In this document: in pieces, positions 15,001 through 30,641 of the stretch
Layout: each line of letters opens with the position of its first letter
Numbering within the stretch: position 1 is the stretch's first letter
NCBI GenBank assembly: GCA_964016885.1
Contig: OZ024742.1
Coordinates: 165,664,001-165,728,000, forward strand
Length of the DNA stretch: 64,000 bases
Direction: 5' to 3'
From: Eledone cirrhosa
Lineage: Eukaryota
Position numbers and translations under genes: made by a program
Notes under the pieces: model-generated
Told to the model about the DNA's origin: nothing
Database searches by the model: none
The model's input: the letters and a program-made list of their open reading frames with translations, nothing else

Positions 15001-18000
15001 AAGCTACTCAAAGTACTATAATATTTCTATTATTACCAGTCTATTTCTACATAGAAGCTACTAAAGGTACTATAATATCTCTATATATTACCAGTCTATT
15101 TCTATATAGAAGCTACTAAAGGTACTATAATATCTCTATATATTACCAGTCTATTTCTATATAGAAGCTACTAAAGGTACTATAATATCTCTATATATTA
15201 CCAGTCTATTTCTATATAGAAGCTACTCAAAGTACTATAATATCTCTATATATTACCTGTCTATTTCTACATAGAAGCTACTCAAAGCACTATAATATCT
15301 CTGTATATTACCAGTCTATTTCTATATAGAAGCTACTAAAGGTACTATAATATCTCTATATATTACCAGTCTATTTCTACATAGAAGCTACTCAAAGTAC
15401 TATAATATCTCTATATATTACCAGTCTATTTCTACATGGAAGCTACTCAAAGTACTATAATATCTCTATATATTACCTGTCTATTTCTATATAGAAGCTA
15501 CTCAAAGTACTATAATATCTCTATATATTACCAGTCTATTTCTATATAGAAACTACTCAAAGTACTATAATATCTCTATATATTACCAGTCTATTTTTAT
15601 ATAGAAGGTACTAAAGGTACTATAATATCTCTATATATTACCAGTCTATTTCTACATAGAAGCTACTCAAAGTACTATAATATCTCTATATATTACCTGT
15701 CTATTTCTATATAGAAGCTACTCAAAGTACTATAATATCTCTATATATTACCAGTCTATTTCTACATAGAAGCTACTCAAAGTACTATAATATTTCTATT
15801 ATTACCAGTCTATTTCTACATAGAAGCTACTAAAGGTACTATAATATCTCTATATATTACCAGTCTATTTCTATATAGAAGCTACTCAAAGTACTATAAT
15901 ATCTCTATATATTACCAGTCTATTTCTACATAGAAGCTACTCAAAGTACTATAATATTTCTATTATTACCAGTCTATTTCTACATAGAAGCTACTAAAGG
16001 TACTATAATATCTCTATATATTACCAGTCTATTTCTACATGGAAGCTACTCAAAGTACTATAATATCTCTATATATTACCTGTCTATTTCTATATAGAAG
16101 CTACTCAAAGTACTATAATATCTCTATATATATACCAGTCTATTTCTACATAGAAGCTACTCAAAGTACTATAATATCTCTATATATTACCTGTCTATTT
16201 CTACATAGAAGCTACTCAAAGTACTATAATATCTCTATATATTACCAGTCTATTTCTATATAGAAGCTACTCAAAGTACTATAATATCTCTATATATTAC
16301 CAGTCTATTTCTATATAGAAGCTACTCAAAGTACTATAATATCTCTATATATTACCTGTCTATTTCTACATAGAAGCTACTCAAAGTAATATAATATCTC
16401 TATATATTACCTGTCTATTTCTACATAGAAGCTACTCAAAGCACTATAATATCTCTATATATTACCTGTCTATTTCTATATAGAAGCTACTCAAAGTACT
16501 ATAATATCTCTATATATATACCAGTCTATTTCTATATAGAAGCTACTAAAGGTACTATAATATCTCTATATATTACCAGTCTATTTCTATATAGAAGCTA
16601 CTCAAAGTACTATAATATCTCTATATATTACCAGTCTATTTCTATATAGAAGCTACTCAAAGTACTATAATATCTCTATATATTACCAGTCTATTTCTAT
16701 ATAGAAGCTACTCAAAGTACTATAATATCTCTATATATTACCTGTCTATTTCTACATAGAAGCTACTCAAAGTAATATAATATCTCTATATATTACCTGT
16801 CTATTTCTACATAGAAGCTACTCAAAGCACTATAATATCTCTATATATTACCTGTCTATTTCTATATAGAAGCTACTCAAAGTACTATAACATCTCTATA
16901 TATTACCAGTCTATTTCTACATAGAATCTACTAAAGGTACTATAATATCTCTATATATTACCTGTCTATTTCTATATAGAAGCTACTCAAAGTACTATAA
17001 TATCTCTATATATATACCAGTCTATTTCTATATAGAAGCTACTAAAGGTACTATAATATCTCTATATATTACCAGTCTATTTCTATATAGAAGCTACTCA
17101 AAGTACTATAATATCTCTATATATTACCAGTCTATTTCTATATAGAAGCTACTCAAAGTACTATAATATCTCTATATATTATCAGTCTATTTCTATATAG
17201 AAGCTACTAAAGGTACTATAATATCTCTATATATTACCAGTCTATTTCTAGATAGAAGCTACTCAAAGTACTATAATATCTCTATATTTTACCAGTCTAT
17301 TTCTATATAGAAGCTACTCAAAGTACTATAATATCTCTATATATTACCAGTCTATTTCTATGTAGAAGCTACTCAAAGTACTATAATATCTCTATATATT
17401 ACCAGTCTATTTCTATATAGAAGCTACTCAAACTACTATAATATCTCTATATATTACCAGTCTATTTCTATATAGAAGCTACTAAAGGTACTATAATATC
17501 TCTATATATTACCAGTCTATGTCTATATAGAAGCTACTCAAAGTACTATAATATCTCTATATATTACCAGTCTATTTCTATATAGAAGCTACTCAAAGTA
17601 CTATAATATCTCTATATATTACCAGTCTATTTCTATATAGAAGCTACTCAAAGTACTATAATATCTCTATATATTACCAGTCTATTTCTATATAGAAGCT
17701 ACTCAAAGTACTATAATATCTCTATATATTACCAGTCTATTTCTACATAGAAGCTACTCAAAGTACTATAATATTTCTATTATTACCAGTCTATTTCTAC
17801 ATAGAAGCTACTAAAGGTACTATAATATCTCTATATATTACCACTCTATTTCTATATAGAAGCTACTAAAGGTACTATAATATCTCTATATATTACCAGT
17901 CTATTTCTACATAGAAGCTACTCAAAGTACTATAATATTTCTATTATTACCAGTCTATTTCTACATAGAAGCTACTAAAGGTACTATAATATCTCTATAT

Positions 18001-21000
18001 ATTACCAGTCTATTTCTACATGGAAGCTACTCAAAGTACTATAATATCTCTATATATTACCTGTCTATTTCTATATAGAAGCTACTCAAAGTACTATAAT
18101 ATCTCTATATATATACCAGTCTATTTCTACATAGAAGCTACTCAAAGTACTATAATATCTCTATATATTACCTGTCTATTTCTACATAGAAGCTACTCAA
18201 AGTATTATAATATCTCTATATATTACCTGTCTATTTCTATATAGAAGCTACTCAAAGTACTATAATATCTCTATATATTACCAGTCTATTTCTATATAGA
18301 AGCTACTCAAAGTACTATAATATCTCTATATATTACCAGTCTATTTCTACATAGAAGCTACTCAAAGTACTATAATATTTCTATTATTACCAGTCTATTT
18401 CTACATAGAAGCTACTAAAGGTACTATAATATCTCTATATATTACCAGTCTATTTCTACATGGAAGCTACTCAAAGTACTATAATATCTCTATATATTAC
18501 CTGTCTATTTCTACATAGAAGCTACTCAAAGTATTATAATATCTCTATATATTACCTGTCTATTTCTATATAGAAGCTACTCAAAGTACTATAATATCTC
18601 TATATATTACCAGTCTATTTCTACATAGAAGCTACTAAAGGTACTATAATATCTCTATATATTACCAGTCTATTTCTATATAGAAGCTACTAAAGGTACT
18701 ATAATATCTCTATATATATACCAGTCTATTTCTACATAGAAGCTACTCAAAGTATTATAATATCTATATATACATACCAGTCTATTTCTACATAGAAGCT
18801 ACTCAAAGTATTATAATATCTCTATATATTACCTGTCTATTTCTATATAGAAGCTACTAAAGGTACTATAATATCTCTATATATTACCAGTCTATTTCTA
18901 TATAGAAGCTACTCAAAGTACTATAATATCTCTATATATTACCAGTCTATTTCTACATAGAAGCTACTCAAAGTACTATAATATCTCTATATATTACCAG
19001 TCTATTTCTACATAGAAGCTACTCAAAGTACTATAATATTTCTATTATTACCAGTCTATTTCTACATAGAAGCTACTAAAGGTACTATAATATCTCTATA
19101 TATTACCAGTCTATTTCTATATAGAAGCTACTAAAGGTACTATAATATCTCTATATATTACCAGTCTATTTCTATATAGAAGCTACTAAAGGTACTATAA
19201 TATCTCTATATATTACCAGTCTATTTCTATATAGAAGCTACTCAAAGTACTATAATATCTCTATATATTACCAGTCTATTTCTACATAGAAGCTACTCAA
19301 AGTACTATAATATTTCTATTATTACCAGTCTATTTCTACATAGAAGCTACTAAAGGTACTATAATATCTCTATATATTACCAGTCTATTTCTATATAGAA
19401 GCTACTAAAGGTACTATAATATCTCTATATATTACCAGTCTATTTCTATATAGAAGCTACTAAAGGTACTATAATATCTCTATATATTACCAGTCTATTT
19501 CTATATAGAAGCTACTCAAAGTACTATAATATCTCTATATATTACCTGTCTATTTCTACATAGAAGCTACTCAAAGCACTATAATATCTCTGTATATTAC
19601 CAGTCTATTTCTATATAGAAGCTACTAAAGGTACTATAATATCTCTATATATTACCAGTCTATTTCTACATAGAAGCTACTCAAAGTACTATAATATCTC
19701 TATATATTACCAGTCTATTTCTACATGGAAGCTACTCAAAGTACTATAATATCTCTATATATTACCTGTCTATTTCTATATAGAAGCTACTCAAAGTACT
19801 ATAATATCTCTATATATTACCAGTCTATTTCTATATAGAAACTACTCAAAGTACTATAATATCTCTATATATTACCAGTCTATTTTTATATAGAAGGTAC
19901 TAAAGGTACTATAATATCTCTATATATTACCAGTCTATTTCTACATAGAAGCTACTCAAAGTACTATAATATCTCTATATATTACCTGTCTATTTCTATA
20001 TAGAAGCTACTCAAAGTACTATAATATCTCTATATATTACCAGTCTATTTCTACATAGAAGCTACTCAAAGTACTATAATATTTCTATTATTACCAGTCT
20101 ATTTCTACATAGAAGCTACTAAAGGTACTATAATATCTCTATATATTACCAGTCTATTTCTATATAGAAGCTACTCAAAGTACTATAATATCTCTATATA
20201 TTACCAGTCTATTTCTACATAGAAGCTACTCAAAGTACTATAATATTTCTATTATTACCAGTCTATTTCTACATAGAAGCTACTAAAGGTACTATAATAT
20301 CTCTATATATTACCAGTCTATTTCTAAATTGAAGCTACTCAAAGTACTATAATATCTCTATATATTACCTGTCTATTTCTATATAGAAGCTACTCAAAGT
20401 ACTATAATATCTCTATATATATACCAGTCTATTTCTACATAGAAGCTACTCAAAGTACTATAATATCTCTATATATTACCTGTCTATTTCTACATAGAAG
20501 CTACTCAAAGTATTATAATATCTCTATATATTACCTGTCTATTTCTATATAGAAGCTACTCAAAGTACTATAATATCTCTATATATTACCAGTCTATTTC
20601 TACATAGAAGCTACTAAAGGTACTATAATATCTCTATATATTACCAGTCTATTTCTATATAGAAGCTACTAAAGGTACTATAATATCTCTATATATATAC
20701 CAGTCTATTTCTACATAGAAGCTACTCAAAGTATTATAATATCTATATATATATACCAGTCTATTTCTACATAGAAGCTACTCAAAGTATTATAATATCT
20801 CTATATATTACCTGTCTATTTCTATATAGAAGCTACTAAAGGTACTATAATATCTCTATATATTACCAGTCTATTTCTATATAGAAGCTACTCAAAGTAC
20901 TATAATATCTCTATATATTACCAGTCTATTTCTACATAGAAGCTACTCAAAGTACTATAATATCTCTATATATTACCAGTCTATTTCTACATAGAAGCTA

Positions 21001-24000
21001 CTCAAAGTACTATAATATTTCTATTATTACCAGTCTATTTCTACATAGAAGCTACTAAAGGTACTATAATATCTCTATATATTACCAGTCTATTTCTATA
21101 TAGAAGCTACTAAAGGTTCTATAATATCTCTATATATTACCAGTCTATTTCTATATAGAAGCTACTAAAGGTACTATAATATCTCTATATATTACCAGTC
21201 TATTTCTATATAGAAGCTACTCAAAGTACTATAATATCTCTATATATTACCAGTCTATTTCTACATAGAAGCTACTCAAAGTACTATAATATTTCTATTA
21301 TTACCAGTCTATTTCTACATAGAAGCTACTAAAGGTACTATAATATCTCTATATATTACCAGTCTATTTCTATATAGAAGCTACTAAAGGTACTATAATA
21401 TCTCTATATATTACCAGTCTATTTCTATATAGAAGCTACTAAAGGTACTATAATATCTCTATATATTACCAGTCTATTTCTATATAGAAGCTACTCAAAG
21501 TACTATAATATCTCTATATATTACCTGTCTATTTCTACATAGAAGCTACTCAAAGCACTATAATATCTCTGTATATTACCAGTCTATTTCTATATAGAAT
21601 CTACTAAAGGTACTATAATATCTCTATATATTACCAGTCTATTTCTACATAGAAGCTACTCAAAGTACTATAATATCTCTATATATTACCAGTCTATTTC
21701 TACATGGAAGCTACTCAAAGTACTATAATATCTCTATATATTACCTGTCTATTTCTATATAGAAGCTACTCAAAGTACTATAATATCTCTATATATTACC
21801 AGTCTATTTCTATATAGAAACTACTCAAAGTACTATAATATCTCTATATATTACCAGTCTATTTTTATATAGAAGCTACTAAAGGTACTATAATATCTCT
21901 ATATATTACCAGTCTATTTCTACATAGAAGCTACTCAAAGTACTATAATATCTCTATATATTACCTGTCTATTTCTATATAGAAGCTACTCAAAGTACTA
22001 TAATATCTCTATATATTACCAGTCTATTTCTACATAGAAGCTACTCAAAGTACTATAATATTTCTATTATTACCAGTCTATTTCTACATAGAAGCTACTA
22101 AAGGTACTATAATATCTCTATATATTAACAGTCTATTTCTATATAGAAGCTACTCAAAGTACTATAATATATCTATATATTACCAGTCTATTTCTATATA
22201 GAAGCTACTCAAAGTACTATAATATCTCTATATATTACCAGTCTATTTCTATATAGAAGCTACTCAAAGTACTATAATATCTCTATATATTACCAGTCTA
22301 TTTCTACATAGAGGCTACTAAAGGTACTATAATATCTCTATATATTACCAGTCTATTTCTATATAGAAGCTACTAAAGGTACTATAATATCTCTATATAT
22401 TACCAGTCTATTTCTATATAGAAGCTACTCAAAGTACTATAATATCTCTATATATTACCAGTCTATTTCTATATAGAAGCTACTCAAAGTACTATAATAT
22501 CTCTATATATTACCAGTCTATTTCTATATAGAAGCTACTCAAAGTACTATAATATCTCTATATATTACCTGTCTATTTCTACATAGAAGCTACTCAAAGT
22601 AATATAATATCTCTATATATTACCTGTCTATTTCTACATAGAAGCTACTCAAAGCACTATAATATCTCTATATATTACCTGTCTATTTCTATATAGAAGC
22701 TACTCAAAGTACTATAATATCTCTATATATATACCAGTCTATTTCTATATAGAAGCTACTAAAGGTACTATAATATCTCTATATATTACCAGTCTATTTC
22801 TATATAGAAGCTACTCAAAGTACTATAATATCTCTATATATTACCAGTCTATTTCTATATAGAAGCTACTCAAAGTACTATAATATCTCTATATATTACC
22901 AGTCTATTTCTATATAGAAGCTACTCAAAGTACTATAATATCTCTATATATTACCTGTCTATTTCTACATAGAAGCTACTCAAAGTAATATAATATCTCT
23001 ATATATTACCTGTCTATTTCTACATAGAAGCTACTCAAAGCACTATAATATCTCTATATATTACCTGTCTATTTCTATATAGAAGCTACTCAAAGTACTA
23101 TAATATCTCTATATATTACCAGTCTATTTCTACATAGAAGCTACTCAAAGTACTATAATATTTCTATTATTACCAGTCTATTTCTATATAGAAGCTACTA
23201 AAGGTACTATAATATCTCTATATATTACCAGTCTATTTCTATATAGAAGCTACTCAAAGTACTATAATATCTCTATATATTACCAGTCTATTTCTATATA
23301 GAAGCTACTCAAGGTACTATAATATCTCTATATATTACCAGTCTATTTCTATATAGAAGCTACTCAAAGTACTATAATATCTCTATATATTACCAGTCTA
23401 TTTCTATATAGAAGCTACTCAAAGTACTATAATATCTCTCTATATTACCAGTCTATTTCTACATAGAAGCTACTCAAAGTACTATAATATTTCTATTATT
23501 ACCAGTCTATTTCTACATAGAAGCTACTAAAGGTACTATAATATCTCTATATAGAATCTACTAAAGGTACTATAATATCTCTATATATTACCAGTCTATT
23601 TCTATATAGAAGCTACTAAAGGTACTATAATATCTCTATATATTACCAGTCTATTTCTAGATAGAAGCTACTCAAAGTACTATAATATCTCTATATTTTA
23701 CCAGTCTATTTCTATATAGAAGCTACTCAAAGTACTATAATATCTCTATATATTACCAGTCTATTTCTATATAGAAGCTACTCAAAGTACTATAATATCT
23801 CTATATATTACCAGTCTATTTCTATATAGAAGCTACTCAAAGTACTATAATATCTCTATATATTACCAGTCTATTTCTATATAGAAGCTACTAAAGGTAC
23901 TATAATATCTCTATATATTACCAGTCTATGTCTATATAGAAGCTACTCAAAGTACTATAATATCTCTATATATTACCAGTCTATTTCTATATAGAAGCTA

Positions 24001-27000
24001 CTCAAAGTACTATAATATCTCTATATATTACCAGTCTATTTCTATATAGAAGCTACTCAAAGTACTATAATATCTCTATATATTACCAGTCTATTTCTAC
24101 ATAGAAGCTACTCAAAGTACTATAATATTTCTATTATTACCAGTCTATTTCTACATAGAAGCTACTAAAGGTACTATAATATCTCTATATATTACCACTC
24201 TATTTCTATATAGAAGCTACTAAAGGTACTATAATATCTCTATATATTACCAGTCTATTTCTACATAGAAGCTACTCAAAGTACTATAATATTTCTATTA
24301 TTACCAGTCTATTTCTACATAGAAGCTACTAAAGGTACTATAATATCTCTATATATTACCAGTCTATTTCTACATGGAAGCTACTCAAAGTACTATAATA
24401 TCTCTATATATTACCTGTCTATTTCTATATAGAAGCTACTCAAAGTACTATAATATCTCTATATATATACCAGTCTATTTCTACATAGAAGCTACTCAAA
24501 GTACTATAATATCTCTATATATTACCTGTCTATTTCTACATAGAAGCTACTCAAAGTATTATAATATCTCTATATATTACCTGTCTATTTCTATATAGAA
24601 GCTACTCAAAGTACTATAATATCTCTATATATTACCAGTCTATTTCTATATAGAAGCTACTCAAAGTACTATAATATCTCTATATATTACCAGTCTATTT
24701 CTACATAGAAGCTACTCAAAGTACTATAATATTTCTATTATTACCAGTCTATTTCTACATAGAAGCTACTAAAGGTACTATAATATCTCTATATATTACC
24801 AGTCTATTTCTACATGGAAGCTACTCAAAGTACTATAATATCTCTATATATTACCTGTCTATTTCTATATAGAAGCTACTCAAAGTACTATAATATCTCT
24901 ATATATATTACCTGTCTATTTCTATATAGAAGCTACTAAAGGTACTATAATATCTCTATATATTACCAGTCTATTTCTGTATAGAAGCTACTCAAAGTAC
25001 TATAATATCTCTATATATTACCAGTCTATTTCTACATGGAAGCTACTCAAAGTACTATAATATCTCTATATATTACCTGTCTATTTCTATATAGAAGCTA
25101 CTCAAAGTACTATAATATCTCTATATATTACCAGTCTATTTCTATATAGAAACTACTCAAAGTACTATAATATCTCTATATATTACCAGTCTATTTTTAT
25201 ATAGAAGCTACTAAAGGTACTATAATATCTCTATATATTACCAGTCTATTTCTACATAGAAGCTACTCAAAGTACTATAATATCTCTATATATTACCTGT
25301 CTATTTCTATATAGAAGCTACTCAAAGTACTATAATATCTCTATATATTACCAGTCTATTTCTACATAGAAGCTACTCAAAGTACTATAATATTTCTATT
25401 ATTACCAGTCTATTTCTACATAGAAGCTACTAAAGGTACTATAATATCTCTATATATTAACAGTCTATTTCTATATAGAAGCTACTCAAAGTACTATAAT
25501 ATATCTATATATTACCAGTCTATTTCTATATAGAAGCTACTCAAAGTACTATAATATCTCTATATATTACCAGTCTATTTCTATATAGAAGCTACTCAAA
25601 GTACTATAATATCTCTATATATTACCAGTCTATTTCTACATAGAAGCTACTAAAGGTACTATAATATCTCTATATATTACCAGTCTATTTCTATATAGAA
25701 GCTACTAAAGGTACTATAATATCTCTATATATTACCAGTCTATTTCTATATAGAAGCTACTCAAAGTACTATAATATCTCTATATATTACCAGTCTATTT
25801 CTATATAGAAGCTACTCAAAGTACTATAATATCTCTATATATTACCAGTCTATTTCTATATAGAAGCTACTCAAAGTACTATAATATCTCTATATATTAC
25901 TTGTCTATTTCTACATAGAAGCTACTCAAAGTAATATAATATCTCTATATATTACCTGTCTATTTCTACATAGAAGCTACTCAAAGCACTATAATATCTC
26001 TATATATTACCTGTCTATTTCTATATAGAAGCTACTCAAAGTACTATAATATCTCTATATATATACCAGTCTATTTCTATATAGAAGCTACTAAAGGTAC
26101 TATAATATCTCTATATATTACCAGTCTATTTCTATATAGAAGCTACTCAAAGTACTATAATATCTCTATATATTACCAGTCTATTTCTATATAGAAGCTA
26201 CTCAAAGTACTATAATATCTCTATATATTACCAGTCTATTTCTATATAGAAGCTACTCAAAGTACTATAATATCTCTATATATTACCTGTCTATTTCTAC
26301 ATAGAAGCTACTCAAAGTAATATAATATCTCTATATATTACCTGTCTATTTCTACATAGAAGCTACTCAAAGCACTATAATATCTCTATATATTACCTGT
26401 CTATTTCTATATAGAAGCTACTCAAAGTACTATAATATCTCTATATATTACCAGTCTATTTCTACATAGAAGCTACTCAAAGTACTATAATATTTCTATT
26501 ATTACCAGTCTATTTCTATATAGAAGCTACTAAAGGTACTATAATATCTCTATATATTACCAGTCTATTTCTATATAGAAGCTACTCAAAGTACTATAAT
26601 ATCTCTATATATTACCAGTCTATTTCTATATAGAAGCTACTCAAGGTACTATAATATCTCTATATATTACCAGTCTATTTCTATATAGAAGCTACTCAAA
26701 GTACTATAATATCTCTATATATTACCAGTCTATTTCTATATAGAAGCTACTCAAAGTACTATAATATCTCTCTATATTACCAGTCTATTTCTACATAGAA
26801 GCTACTCAAAGTACTATAATATTTCTATTATTACCAGTCTATTTCTACATAGAAGCTACTAAAGGTACTATAATATCTCTATATAGAATCTACTAAAGGT
26901 ACTATAATATCTCTATATATTACCAGTCTATTTCTATATAGAAGCTACTAAAGGTACTATAATATCTCTATATATTACCAGTCTATTTCTAGATAGAAGC

Positions 27001-30000
27001 TACTCAAAGTACTATAATATCTCTATATTTTACCAGTCTATTTCTATATAGAAGCTACTCAAAGTACTATAATATCTCTATATATTACCAGTCTATTTCT
27101 ATATAGAAGCTACTCAAAGTACTATAATATCTCTATATATTACCAGTCTATTTCTATATAGAAGCTACTCAAAGTACTATAATATCTCTATATATTACCA
27201 GTCTATTTCTATATAGAAGCTACTAAAGGTACTATAATATCTCTATATATTACCAGTCTATGTCTATATAGAAGCTACTCAAAGTACTATAATATCTCTA
27301 TATATTACCAGTCTATTTCTATATAGAAGCTACTCAAAGTACTATAATATCTCTATATATTACCAGTCTATTTCTATATAGAAGCTACTCAAAGTACTAT
27401 AATATCTCTATATATTACCAGTCTATTTCTACATAGAAGCTACTCAAAGTACTATAATATTTCTATTATTACCAGTCTATTTCTACATAGAAGCTACTAA
27501 AGGTACTATAATATCTCTATATATTACCACTCTATTTCTATATAGAAGCTACTAAAGGTACTATAATATCTCTATATATTACCAGTCTATTTCTACATAG
27601 AAGCTACTCAAAGTACTATAATATTTCTATTATTACCAGTCTATTTCTACATAGAAGCTACTAATGGTACTATAATATCTCTATATATTACCAGTCTATT
27701 TCTACATGGAAGCTACTCAAAGTACTATAATATCTCTATATATTACCTGTCTATTTCTATATAGAAGCTACTCAAAGTACTATAATATCTCTATATATAT
27801 ACCAGTCTATTTCTACATAGAAGCTACTCAAAGTACTATAATATCTCTATATATTACCTGTCTACTTCTACATAGAAGCTACTCAAAGTATTATAATATC
27901 TCTATATATTACCTGTCTATTTCTATATAGAAGCTACTCAAAGTACTATAATATCTCTATATATTACCAGTCTATTTCTATATAGAAGCTACTCAAAGTA
28001 CTATAATATCTCTATATATTACCAGTCTATTTCTACATAGAAGCTACTCAAAGTACTATAATATTTCTATTATTACCAGTCTATTTCTACATAGAAGCTA
28101 CTAAAGGTACTATAATATCTCTATATATTACCAGTCTATTTCTACATGGAAGCTACTCAAAGTACTATAATATCTCTATATATTACCTGTCTATTTCTAT
28201 ATAGAAGCTACTCAAAGTACTATAATATCTCTATATATATACCAGTCTATTTCTACATAGAAGCTACTCAAAGTACTATAATATCTCTATATATTACCTG
28301 TCTATTTCTACATAGAAGCTACTCAAAGTATTATAATATCTCTATATATTACCTGTCTATTTCTATATAGAAGCTACTCAAAGTACTATAATATCTCTAT
28401 ATATTACCAGTCTATTTCTATATAGAAGCTACTCAAAGTACTATAATATCTCTATATATTACCAGTCTATTTCTACATAGAAGCTACTAAAGGTACTATA
28501 ATATCTCTATATATTACCAGTCTATTTCTATATAGAAGCTACTAAAGGTACTATAATATCTCTATATATATACCAGTCTATTTCTACATAGAAGCTACTC
28601 AAAGTATTATAATATCTATATATATATACCAGTCTATTTCTACATAGAAGCTACTCAAAGTATTATAATATCTCTATATATTACCTGTCTATTTCTATAT
28701 AGAAGCTACTAAAGGTACTATAATATCTCTATATATTACCAGTCTATTTCTATATAGAAGCTACTCAAAGTACTATAATATCTCTATATATTACCAGTCT
28801 ATTTCTACATAGAAGCTACTCAAAGTACTATAATATCTCTATATATTACCAGTCTATTTCTACATAGAAGCTACTCAAAGTACTATAATATTTCTATTAT
28901 TACCAGTCTATTTCTACATAGAAGCTACTAAAGGTACTATATCTCTATATATTACCAGTCTATTTCTATATAGAAGCTACTAAAGGTACTATAATATCTC
29001 TATATATTACCAGTCTATTTCTATATAGAAGCTACTAAAGGTACTATAATATCTCTATATATTACCAGTCTATTTCTATATAGAAGCTACTCAAAGTACT
29101 ATAATATCTCTATATATTACCAGTCTATTTCTACATAGAAGCTACTCAAAGTACTATAATATTTCTATTATTACCAGTCTATTTCTACATAGAAGCTACT
29201 AAAGGTACTATAATATCTCTATATATTACCAGTCTATTTCTATATAGAAGCTACTAAAGGTACTATAATATCTCTATATATTACCAGTCTATTTCTATAT
29301 AGAAGCTACTAAAGGTACTATAATATCTCTATATATTACCAGTCTATTTCTATATAGAAGCTACTCAAAGTACTATAATATCTCTATATATTACCTGTCT
29401 ATTTCTACATAGAAGCTACTCAAAGCACTATAATATCTCTGTATATTACCAGTCTATTTCTATATAGAAGCTACTAAAGGTACTATAATATCTCTATATA
29501 TTACCAGTCTATTTCTACAAAGAAGCTACTCAAAGTACTATAATATCTCTATATATTACCAGTCTATTTCTACATGGAAGCTACTCAAAGTACTATAATA
29601 TCTCTATATATTACCTGTCTATTTCTATATAGAAGCTACTCAAAGTACTATAATATCTCTATATATTACCAGTCTATTTCTATATAGAAACTACTCAAAG
29701 TACTATAATATCTCTATATATTACCAGTCTATTTTTATATAGAAGCTACTAAAGGTACTATAATATCTCTATATATTACCAGTCTATTTCTACATAGAAG
29801 CTACTCAAAGTACTATAATATCTCTATATATTACCTGTCTATTTCTATATAGAAGCTACTCAAAGTACTATAATATCTCTATATATTACCAGTCTATTTC
29901 TACATAGAAGCTACTCAAAGTACTATAATATTTCTATTATTACCAGTCTATTTCTACATAGAAGCTACTAAAGGTACTATAATATCTCTATATATTACCA

Positions 30001-30510
30001 GTCTATTTCTATATAGAAGCTACTAAAGGTACTATAATATCTCTATATATTACCAGTCTATTTCTATATAGAAGCTACTCAAAGTACTATAATATATCTA
30101 TATATTACCAGTCTATTTCTATATAGAAGCTACTCAAAGTACTATAATATCTCTATATATTACCAGTCTATTTCTATATAGAAGCTACTCAAAGTACTAT
30201 AATATCTCTATATATTACCAGTCTATTTCTACATAGAAGCTACTAAAGGTACTATAATATCTCTATATATTACCAGTCTATTTCTATATAGAAGCTACTA
30301 AAGGTACTATAATATCTCTATATATTACCAGTCTATTTCTATATAGAAGCTACTCAAAGTACTATAATATCTCTATATATTACCAGTCTATTTCTATATA
30401 GAAGCTACTCAAAGTACTATAATATCTCTATATATTACCAGTCTATTTCTATATAGAAGCTACTCAAAGTACTATAATATCTCTATTATTACCTGTCTAT
30501 TTCTAAAAAG
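1..30510 (+). repeat. 55-bp tandem satellite array (satellite 1), ~555 copies, presumably intronic in WASHC5, runs off the left edge
   Basis: Consensus AAGCTACTCAAA GTACTATAATATCTCTATATATTACCAGTCTATTTCTATATAG repeats without interruption. Recurrent variants include CTAAAGG/CTCAAAG, ACCAG/ACCTG, CTATA/CTACA and +/-1 nt indels. The array ends at the AG at 30509-30510. Confidence 0.98.
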
Positions 30511-30641
30511 CGGCTACTCAGGAAAATGCAAAAAGGTTTCGCCAGGTTCGAGATCAAGTAATTGCTGACAGTCAGTATTCACCTCTGGCTCTCTTCCAGC
30601 TTCTCCTAAACATTGGACAGTTTGAACTGAAGCTAAAAGAA
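30511..30641 (+). CDS. WASHC5: WASHC5/strumpellin coding exon A (131 nt, phase 1 to 0): xATQENAKRFRQVRDQVIADSQYSPLALFQLLLNIGQFELKLKE
   Basis: Manual translation resembles strumpellin as I recall it ([37 protein letters not shown]). Acceptor TTCTAAAAAG at 30501-30510, donor GTAAGG at 30642. The 5' boundary is slightly uncertain because another AG lies at 30520-30521. Confidence 0.9.

Noticed and set aside
504-28370. Fourteen near-identical 74-aa ORFs (MEATQSTIISLYIT...)
   Set aside because: They arise when a TAG-to-TGG variant (creating ATG) and a +1 indel line up in the 55-bp satellite. There is no protein-like composition. They are useful only as HOR markers.
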